From: Promethearchaeota archaeon | GTDB lineage: Archaea > Asgardarchaeota > Lokiarchaeia > Sigyniarchaeales > SOKP01 | Assembly (NCBI GenBank): GCA_019057355.1 | Contig: DXJM01000002.1 | Location: 1 to 36,077, forward strand | Direction: 5' to 3' | DNA length: 36,077 bases | Part shown: positions 15,001 through 27,000 of the stretch, in pieces | Layout of the letters: each line of letters begins with the position of its first letter | How positions within the stretch are numbered: the first letter of the stretch is position 1 | The notes under the pieces: model-generated | Told to the model about the DNA's origin: nothing | Database searches by the model: none | What the model saw: the letters and a program-made list of their open reading frames with translations, nothing else | Made by a program: the position numbers and the translations under genes

Positions 15001-18000
15001 AGTATCCATATTAATATCCTGAAATCCATCATTAAATGCTAAAATAACCTCCCTATTTGCTAAAGCGCTTGAAAAAGTCAGGTTATTTAAACTATTTCCC
15101 TCATTGACATTTACCTCTTTTGTGTATGAAAATTGAGAGGACCAATCAGGCACTCCACTAGTATATTCCACTTTCTTAAAAAGTTGGTTTTTAATTTCAA
15201 ATATTTCTAAGCCTGTATCAATATTATAAGATATTGTTAGATAAAGCTTATTACCAGAGTTGTCAAATTCTCCATTTAGTTCTTTATATTTTCCATTAAC
15301 GAAAAATTGCCAGGAATTAGTGCTATCATAGCATATTTCAATGGAATTCTTACCTTCGAGAAGATATTCGATGTCAGTAAAAATATAAGGTACTGATTCA
15401 CCGATGGTAAATTGAAGACCCTCGTAGATATCCTCAGGTTTATCAAACGTGACTATTGCCCTGTATTTTAACTTCTCATCTGCATCGATTTCGGATTTTA
15501 AAATTGGATGAATATCATCATGATTTGCTTGGATTCCACCTTTTTTCAATAAAAGACCGCTATTATCTACTAGTTCTGAATTACCATAATTAACAAGATC
15601 CCAATTATCATTATGTAAATTGTTCATATCAGAAAAAAGTATACATTGGAATTGTCTTATTCTCAATTCATTATTATAGTTTGCAAAACATCCATTAAGA
15701 GTTATTTTGAAAGTAATGGTATCATTACATATGAAATCATCTAAAACAGTTCGGGTGTCTAGTCTTAGGTAATTATAATCATAGATGTGAGTTTCGGTAC
15801 CATATATGAATTGAAATACATTATTTTCTTTTCTTTGGAATAATCCCTTGTTGATGTTGTTTGAATCGGGAGTGACCCAATCAGCCTTATGTTTGTTATT
15901 GTCTGGCTTGTAATAATTGGTATCAACTTTCGTATACTCATAATAATTATAATGATCATTAAAAACGTCAGAATAAATGGATTCTCCAAAATTATATGTT
16001 TTTTTATAGCTTCCATAATTTAATGCTTCGAAATAATCCTTCCCTTCATATTGAAAATTCTTCTCTTGTCCACCTTCAGTCAATAAACTGATTGTTATTG
16101 GTTGCTTGCTGTCTGCATTTATGATTTGGGCAAAAGCAGTCGAGATATAGATATAATCGATGCTCTCGGAATCTTCATTGTGATTGACATCAAAGGTAAT
16201 TTCAACAGAAACATTGCTTCCATCGGTCTTGTATGCACTAAGCACGTAGTCCTGTTCTGTAAGGGTATGGATCAGGTCATTTCCCGAGTAGTCATAAAGA
16301 CCATTAATGCTGACACCATCTTTAGCAATGGAAGGCTTGTAAGGGACCGTGCCTTCAACGGGAACAAGCGACTTGGAATTGATGTCTTGGATGAATGCAT
16401 CATAATCAAATCGATCAGTTCTAAAATCAGCTGAGACTGATTTTGATGGTTCTTCAACCCAGGTATCGTAATAACTATTATTGTAAAGGTACTGGTAATC
16501 TTCTGGATTGTAAAAATCTTGGCCCGACTCAAACTGGGAGAGAAGAGAGCTTGTTGACACGCTATTTCCGTTAAAATTAATAGGTCCATAATCCATTCTC
16601 AGGTTTCCAAATTCAGATAGCGTTCCGAAAGCGTCATAATTCGTCCAGCCGCTTGTAGTTATTGAGCCATCTGATAAAACATAAGGATATCCTGATATTA
16701 CATCAAAGTATTGGTAATTCCAATCTCCTGCTGAAGTCCCATATTTAAACGTGTAAGAATCATCTAACTTGTTATATAATTGGAATGCAAGCTCGTCAGC
16801 ATTCATGTCTACATTAGAAGCTGCTATGTTTCCAATATGTTGCACTTCCTCTTTTTTATAGTTTCCTGAAAGGAGACCATTCACAGTGGCGACCGTGGCC
16901 TCATAATAATATCTTACTTCATAATAGGTATTGGCATCCTCTTCATTTCGGGACTTCCAATTCCATTTATCATAAAAACATTCAAGGTTCCTCCTGTCTG
17001 AATTGATTCGATAGGAATCTTCATTAACTTGGCGTAAGGTATCCATAAAGTACATTCCAGTCTTGAGATTCTTGCTAAATTCAGTGATACTTATTATCTT
17101 GAAGATTGGATATTTTTTTAAAGGAATCAATGCAATCTGAGTTTGATTATCTGCAAGTGCATGTAAGTCCCATTTTCTAAAGTAATCTACTGCGTGATAA
17201 ATCGGTTTCAAATCTGTTGATATTACATCTGTAGCTATATATGTCTTGTGAATTCCCTTGTTAGAACCTAACAACGCATAATTGATATTATTTTCCTTTA
17301 AATGGGTGATTTGTCTTATCCTGAATTCATAAATTTCACTTGAAAAATCATCGTTCTGTGAATCAAGTGAAAATGATGTTTTATACCAGGTATCCGAGAA
17401 CTTGTCACGCAAGAAATAAATCACTCTATCGTCTTCATGATAGGTTGTCATTGAAATTCCCACTACCAAGGATTCTCCTAATTTCGTTTTAATTGACGTT
17501 ATTTCCACGACTCCACCTTTCCTTGCGTTTTCAAACATAAGAATCGAAGATTCACGAAGAAACATGTCAATGGAAAAAATGGAACTGTAAAGTTCTCCTT
17601 GGAATGTGTAAACCGATCCTACATATACCCTATCACCCATTATGTTCATCGCAGTTATAGAATTACCTACAGGAACTATATTTTGGGTAGCATTTTTATC
17701 TTGCGTTAATACTAAATTCTCGTCAAAATCGAGTCGAGCTATGAAACTCGCTCCTGTTGATTGTTCTGTTATTGTAACGTAAATTGTCAAGAACTCATTA
17801 TTCATATCATCAATGATATAATCGTTGAAGCGTGGATCTTGGAGCTTGAGAGAATATAAGATGTGTTCAAAACTGGTGATGTTTTGATTAAACTCAAACG
17901 TTTTAGATTGATGGTCAAACAAGTAAAAAGAAATGTTGTTGGAATCGGATTTTTTATTAAATGCGATCAAATCAGTATATCCATCCTTGTTCAAATCCAC

Positions 18001-21000
18001 GCTATTGATGACGTGAGATACCAATGATATTCCCATTTCGGATGTAAAATTAATGTAATATTGCTTGTTAGAAGCATTATATGAGTAAACGTATATCTTG
18101 CCCTTCAAATCAATAAGGAATGGTTGAAGAACTTCTGAACTGGAGAATATTCCATAACCCCCATGATAATACTGGGTATCAGGAGCATTATTTATTGTAT
18201 AATTCACGGGAAGATATCCGGATTCCATCGACAAGAGATCGTGATAAGTTTCATTGGAATCGATATTCCAATCAATCGTGAAATGACCATCACTTGTTTG
18301 CGCTGTACCAATAGGAACCCAGGCTTTCTTGGTAAAAGTATAATAGGACATCTCGACATTGATATTACTCTTGTCATCTTGAGAAGTCCATTCTTTTAAA
18401 TAACCATAAAATTGATAAGGTTCTTCGGTATAATTAACATCCTTAGAATAATAAATAATCTCCGCAAATGAGGTCGCATTTGATAAGGAGTACTGTCCTT
18501 CTTTAAAGACATATATATTTTGATAAACATTTTGGATATTACCAGCAAGATCTATAATTTCTGCCCGAATCGTAGAATATCCCTCGTTAAAATCTTTCGG
18601 GTTCAATTTTAAAAAGTAATAAGTGAGTGGATATGAATCAGGATCCATTGACATCATACCTATATAATGATCTGAGGCATTATATATCTTGATTTCCTTG
18701 ATATCGTTGAGGAACATGTACCCATTTTTGATGTAATAAGTTTCGGATGTCGAATTATACACGTAACCTGGAGTTAAATAAATCGTGGAATATTCCTCAT
18801 TGCTCGTGCCAAACATAATGTTTCCGATTCCATCATTCCATCCCAGAGCCCAATAATTACACTTGGTATCACCGTTTCCATCCCCTATTATCTTGCCAAA
18901 AACTCCCTCGCTTTTGAAGGGATCATATCTTGCTTTATAAATTTGGGTTGATATAATATTATCATGAACGTCCCTTGCCTCAATATGAAACTCAAACATA
19001 TCTCGCAAGTAATCTTGAGGGAAATCATAATGACGGGCAAATTGACCGTCATCATTGTCAAAACCCAATAAATTATCATGCCATTCGATGCTTTGATTGA
19101 TGAAATCCGAGATGTTAAAATCAGTTGATTGCCACGATTCACCATTGAACGTGAAAGTCTTTTTCCAGCCTAAATCACAGTGCACACCCTTTAGAATGAG
19201 ATCACCACATAAATATTCGATATATCGCTCGTCAAACGTGATTTGATTTAGCATTGAATCATAGAAGAAAGGTATGGAAACCTTTTGATCGGCTGAACAC
19301 ACCTCTTCAATGGCTATGATGTTAAGATCGATGAAGGGAATCGCTTGACTCCAACCACCCCAATAAATAATATTCTCGTAGATATATTCTCCATTGTCAT
19401 ACCATCCATCGTAAAATGAATAGGTCAATTGATATGGGTTGATATAAGTAGGCTTGCTTGGATTTTCAGAATATCGGCGCATCACGACTCGAGACCAATT
19501 TTTTTCTCCATTAATTAGTTCATATATGGCAGGATCTCCAAGAATCTTTGTTACATATAATTCTACTGAAGTAATCTCAGAGTTATCACTCAAAACCACC
19601 GTTATGTTTGCCTCGTCGCTGAAATAAATGAAGTCATCGGAAATGTCTCCATTAAATGAAAGGTTAATAATTGATGGAGCAATGTTGTCTACATATATCG
19701 TAACTGTAAAGTTGAAATATATACCACATATGTCTTGTCCGCTGAAGTGCAAAGTATAACTTCCATCCCCGAGTAAAGTAGAGTCTAATATCAAATCATT
19801 GAGACCAACAGGCAGATAGTAATAATGAGCTAACTCTATGGGATCGCCATCCACGTGGATGATCAACTCATTTAATGACTTGCTAAATAATGGTCCTTGA
19901 GAGTTTTTAAAGTGCATCAATCCAGAACCATTAAAGACGAGTCCACCATCAAGCAAGTCGGGATTGAATTCTAAGGGAGTTGAATCTAAAATTACAAAAA
20001 AGTCTTCTAAAATACTATTAAATCCTAGTTCATCGATTGCTGTTACCTTGATGTTACAGGTGCCATCCATCAATCCTGCATCATTAAGGTATAAAGTATA
20101 GGTGTTTCCACTAAACGTGATGTCATCGAGGTCAAAAAATTTCTTTTGAATGGAGGCTAATTTTAAGTTTTGTCCAATTTCATATGTCTTTTCCCACGAA
20201 TATCCAATGGCATCGAGATATGCTGTTCCAGTGGTTGTTCCTGGTGTGCCAAATATTATAGTAGTAAAATTTCCTGAAATACTTCCTTGATAACCATAAC
20301 CAGAACCTCCATCTTTGCTAATATTATCAACCCATAAATGCCAATCATTTCCACAATCAAACTCTATTTTCACATGATACCATGTACCTGCTGTATAAGT
20401 CATAAGATCATGATAACTACCATCATTATATCCATAATATCCTGTGCTCCTAAAATAAAAAGCAAGGTAATGACCACCTGCATCTGATAGCTTCAACCAG
20501 AGATCATCATTAGTATCTTCCATCATGATATAAAATTCTAATGATCCAAAATCATTATTTATTGTATCTTCTATTTTCACACCATAAACACTAGAATAAT
20601 CATATAAACAAACAGCCTTTTTATGACTATCATCAAATCCTACTACATTAACAGTCCCACCCATTTCATCTACAGTCCATCCTATTGGATCTTCCAGCGT
20701 TTCATCATCCTCAAAATTATACGTTCCGAAATAATAATTCCAATACCAGTTATCTCCAAGGACATAGTTTTCATCCCAGGAGTAGCCAAAAGCATCAAAA
20801 TAGAAAGAATAATCGGAATCAGTAGTAGATGTAAAAAACATCAATGAATCTATATAACTTGCAGGGGTATTAAAACACCCTTCACTTATTTTTAATATTC
20901 CATTAATATATATATCACAAGTATCATCGGAACAATCAAAGTCAATGTGGACGTGGTACCATGTATTAGCCTCAATGGTCTGCATTAAAATATAACTTGT

Positions 21001-24000
21001 TCCATCATGGTAGAGAAATTGATTATTCCAAATTTGGAATAATATTTTTTGATCCCCATTTTCTCTTATTCTCATGTAATTTGCTACTTTATTGATATTA
21101 TCAGTTCTAATCCAAAACTCTAAACTCCCAGATGTTTGACTTTCAAAATAATTATAGATTTCTGTAGAGTAGGATCCAGAGGTGTCATGCAATTCCAGGA
21201 CTTTTTTATGGGAATCAATTTCTGAGATAACCTTGACAGTTCCACCATTTTCTCCCACGATCCATCCATCAGGATAGCTATTGAGTTCATCATTAGTAAA
21301 GCTATAGGATCCCGGATAATGTCCGGAACAATCTATAGATTCAAGTTCTTGGGTCAATTCAATCTTGACTTGATCCACGCCATCGTAATCAGATACATCA
21401 AATGAAAGAGAGCCCGATGCAGGATCCACGTGGGTTCCATTTTCAAAAAGCGGAATAATAAAGGGACCTGCATGATCAATGAATAAATCCGTGAAAAATT
21501 TCTTGCTTTCTTGATTGTAGATGTCGAAAGCAGTCACCTCCAACACATATTCATCAGATACCAAATCTTCGACATTCAAGTTAATGCGGAAAGGATATTC
21601 TTCAATGAGCCCGTTTGAATAGGAATATTCCACGGTAACATTGTAGGCAGAAATTTCTTCCAGGAGTTCGGGTTTATTGTCATATTGGATGTAAATGTCT
21701 GTCGTGTTACCCTTTTTGTCAAAATAATAGAATAAATCATCTCCTTCAATGATTCTATCAATGCGTGAGTCCGATATATCATAATCAATCAAGAGCCGAG
21801 TAATTTCGACAACATCTTGAGGATATTCCGTTAATTCTAATATTTTTTTTTCACTCGTACTGGTAGATGTTGGAACGAGCGTGCTCGCAACATTATTTGA
21901 ATCGATGTTTGGTATTAAATCATATTGATAATGATTGTTAAACCGTTTCCCGTGGAATTCTAGGGTGGGATGCTTGTTGAAATAGGGATATCCATCACTA
22001 TTATTATAATTACTGTTTACATCCAGGTAAATCGCACTGGAACTATTAAAGACAATCTCATAATGAGCATATTGATCTATCTTTAAATCGCCAATGGATA
22101 TCTCCGTGTCTTTTGTAATTACCATCGTGATTGGTATTGTTTTCGTTATGAGATGTGAGTGTTGATCCCACAGTCTCAGGGTCAACATTTGAGAATCAAG
22201 CGCTTTTAATTCCAGTTCAAAATCGTTGAGATCAAACTGGATTGATGCCCAGAAGTAAATTCCTCCTCCTGAATAGGTTCCTTTACGTAATTGATATAAG
22301 GTTTCTCCACAGGTTATGCTTGCCAGCTGAATGTCCTGGGCAATGGGGATCACTTCAAAAATAACGGGATCGAGGATGTTGTAGACTTGTTCGCTGGAAT
22401 ATCCCTTGAGTTGCACGTCAGAATATAAGTTCATGTCATGCTTGAATGATAATTCTACTGAGGGTCCAGAGTTCCCAAGGTTATCATATCCCACTAGTCT
22501 CAATACAATATACGAATCGGGAATTTTACCTATGTTCCACGTGAATCGCTCACTGGCTTGGTATGTTTTTGAATGCCACCTGCCACCCTTGCCGTAATCA
22601 TACCATAATCGATAATAAGCAAAATCTGAAGCACTTGATTCCACATCACCAGATATTATGCAATCAAATTCATTTGGTTCAGTCCAAAATCCTGCCTTTT
22701 GTTCTATTTGATAAAGGTTATCATTTATATTTGGGATAATGCTAATGCTCGGTCCATTGCAGTCAAGACAAACTCTTTCTTTAGTCACGTTAAATTTGCG
22801 AGTTCCAAAATACAAGTAATTTAATTCAATCTCAACAAGAATATCAAATGTCACTGTATCTGTCCAAGGCAAGTTAATGAAAGGCGCTGAAAATTCAGGG
22901 GATGGATCATCATTGATTAAAAACCAATCATCATCATTTTCCTTCTTGACGAAAAATCTCGTTCGTTCAACAAAAGATTCTGTCACTGAATCAAGTTTAA
23001 GCAATACTTCATCGAGATAAATTACATTATCTTTGACAGTTATAACATCGTCAAAATTATTTATTGATAATACATGATCGAAAATATCAAATCCATCAGT
23101 CAAACCACCATTTGAACCTTCCGCAATCAAATACCAAGTACCATTTGGAATCTTGGCAGTGCTTAAAATGTGATAGAAAGATTGATTGGGGCTGGAAAGT
23201 TCAGCAACTAGGATCCAATCATCCTTGTTTTCTTCAGTTGGCAAGACGTCGTGCATGTAATATCTTACCTTCGTTAACGGAAGCTGACCAAGATTAGTGA
23301 TCGACATCTTAATATAATCCGATACAAATTTGTCATAATTTATATCAAGCCAATCACCCGTTCCCTCGTTTAGTTCACGCACTTTGCATGTTACTTCGGT
23401 GGGATCATTGGATATGACAATTTTAGAGATAGTTTTATTTCCCGTTAGACCCTTGTTGTCGTGCATTACCACGTACAATCCGTAATTAAATCCATCTTGG
23501 AATTGCGTGGTATCCAACAAGAAGGAGAAATAAGCTTGACCATCTATATATTCAAATTGGGTTTTATTCGCAATGAGATTATAACTTTGGTCTATCAAGT
23601 ATAGGGCGGCCCATTCATAATCATCTCCAGGAGCTCTCACTTGCACGTCATATTCTCCACATATGATGTCATCGTCATTGATATTAACAAATTCCTGAAA
23701 TATTTCTTTTTTAATAAATTCAAACTTGAATGAGTCGATCAAGACACCCCACTGATTAGTGAATGTCTTTTTATCCGTGATGTAATATGAATCAAAGAAT
23801 TCAGAAATGAGCTTGACTTGAATGGAGTTAGTAGCAGTCAGGATATGATCTCCATAGAAATACAATTTAATCGGTTCATTCAAGTGATAATATATCTCTC
23901 CATTTGATCCTATTACGTTAATAAAATCGTTGATATTAAGATCCTTCATTTTTATAACCGCGTTGGAATATTTGGAGAAGATTTTAATTCCAAACTGATC

Positions 24001-27000
24001 ATAAATCTCAAACTTAAATTTCATCATTTCATCTTTGAACTCTTCGAGAGCTTTCTCAGTATCCGAACCATTAACATACCTGAAATAAGGATATACATCC
24101 AGAATTGCTCTTAAATTGTAATTACTTGTGTCGATGCATTCCAAATCGGGCGTGACCAGCCCCGTTCGTCCCATAAGCTCTTCTCCATCATATAATGATT
24201 TGTTATGATAATCTCTATACTCCACGCAATCATACAAGTGAATGTTTATCTTATTTAAAGATTGAGCAGGGGATATATTTATCAAATTATTTAGGCTCGT
24301 GGGCAAGTAACGATAATAACATCCATCAAAACCTGCTGGATAATATCCATTACTATAAGAATACATCGAAATGAAATCATTTCTACCATCAACATCAAAT
24401 TGAAAGTCTCTTAACAAGGACATCCTTGCTTGTTTAGTTTTCCTTTCAAAAAAGGATAACGGTTCGGCATTGTCAAGCAAGGCTAAGTTTTGCGATCTCA
24501 TCTCCGATGTCGAGTTCCATATAGTTGTCAAGAAGAAATCATTGAAGAACACGTTAAGACCGTTTTGAACACCATAATCCTCAAAATTAAGCGTTTTTAA
24601 ATAAAACTCGAAAATAATATACAACTTCTCATTACCATCATTGAGCAAGTTTCTAATTTCTTCAAATAATGATCTTTTCTCATCTTCAGATAGAACAAAA
24701 TATGATTCCTTATTGTTCACTATCACCTCATTAGTTTCAAGATTAAAATAATAAAAGAGATCACCAAAATCCTTAGTCCATTGGCGTTTGAATTTAAGAT
24801 CGGATATCTTATAACCACTCCAACTGTCATATACCAACTCATCAGGAATGACAAGATCTGGACTTTTTTGAGCCTCCAATAATAAAGACATCTTGCAAGA
24901 GATTCTTGATGATGGTGAAAGGGTCAAATTTTCAATTTTTTTATCTAAATAACCAAAAAGATCGAAATCAACCAGGATATCTGCCTTGTTATCTGAAGAT
25001 TCCATATAATCCTCATCATTTAAGAAATCCAATTTATCTTCTGATACGACCGTAGTTATCATAAAACTACTTTCTGCATACTTGGTTTCTCCAGATTGAG
25101 TGATTACTCCAAATGAATTCGATTCTAATTTATCATCATCCTCTACATCAATCCTTAATGTTTCTATTTTAAGGTGATAATCTTGGTTTTTATTTATTCC
25201 ATAATATCTAACCTTTACTTCATTATTAGCATTGATGAAACATGAATCTAATTCATATGATTTTTGGATAAAAGAATCATAATTGCTATCATCAATAATA
25301 TCCCATGCAGATACTTCATTATTCCAGACCATAAAGTCGATAGGTTGGGAAACATCTGTCATATGAGAATATTTTAATGATACTTTTTCTGGAGTATCGA
25401 AACTATCTTCAATTTTAATGGTAATTTCATAATCAATTTCAGCATAATCAAAATTTGTATAATAAATTGTTGGAGTGCAAAGACCTGCATGTATTTGAGA
25501 CATCCATCCTACATTGAAGCCAAAAATGATCATTCTTACATTACCAGAAGAGAGTTCAGATTGTGTTATGTGCAATCCACTCCAGGTGGGGTAATTATCA
25601 CAATCCCTTCTACCTCTGTAGACACCATTTTCTGTCAAGTCCAATTGGATGGCTCCACCCCAGAGAGTCCAACCCCATACAAAATAATATTGAATTTGAT
25701 ATATGTATCCATCTAATCCCAGATCATAGTTCGCAATTGAATAAGAATCTGCTCCCAATTGTCCCATTCCACGTATTAATACATAATCATCATTGTACAA
25801 AATGCAGTATCGATTGTAAGCAGCGCTTGCTAACCAATACTCCCAACCACTATATCCCGGTGGTGTAACTGGTCCTGAGCTAGCATAAAGCGTGGCGGAA
25901 TCAAAATTTTGATGATATTCGGTAGAAGTAATTGCGGTATAGTTCCCATTAATAGCACTAAGATCCCCGTGATTGTCAATTGATTTACCTTCTATCAAAT
26001 TATCATTATTTGGAATATATGAATATGAAGGATATACTTCAACTTTTACCTTATCTAATATTAAATTGAAAGGCTGATTTGTATTGGATCCTGTCATAGA
26101 TAATAGAATTTTATAATTTTCATTGAGATGTGCTTTTTCAATATCAAATGTCCAGTCTTGAGCATAGGGAAAAGGGCGATCATCAATCAGTTCCCACTCC
26201 AAGGTATTATAGTTCCATATCTTGAAATTTATGGATTGGGTAATGTCAGTATAATAACTATAATGCAAGAGTGCTTCATCCAAGTATTTTGAGAATCCAG
26301 GACCAATCATAATGCTTGATATGATTTCCAAGTTGTAAGGTGCCGCTGCCTGAGTAGATGATATTATCGTGGTTTCGCCATCAATCACAGCTAGATCTCC
26401 TGATTGGGAGTGGAAACCTTTTTTTATTTCCATTTCATCAGGATCGGCAGCTAAAAGAAGCAATTTTCTTGGAATGATTTCAAAGGATACGTCCACATTA
26501 TCTATGCCTAATTGATATCGGTCAACATCTTCGGTTCGATTGAGACTCCAATCATCTTTTATGACATTAAAACGCAAGACATAGTCATCTTCAAAATAAA
26601 TAGGATCTTCTAGCGAAATCTCGAAGGGAAAGATGTTTTCTTGTAATTTTGGGTCGATGGCTATTAATTGAGAGTAGGTAAGATCTCCCGTGGGCAAATT
26701 ATTATAATATCTTAAGTAGCGGGGATAATATGATGCAATGGTATCTTGAAGCCAGGTAAGGAGTTCTTGCGATTGCCAATCAGAATCAAGGAGGATTGTC
26801 TGGGTTCCACTAATGTCCAGAGTAACCAAGAACCTCAGTTGATCTTCTGCTTCAAGAAGGTCATTAACAAAATCACCTAGATTGACATCAAAATAGATGC
26901 TCATGTTAGCTTGGTACTTGTCTTTATTATAAATAAGAGGTTTGAAATCAACCCAAAGCGTGCTAAACGTGGTGAGGTCCGCTCTTTCGCATGTCGTGTA

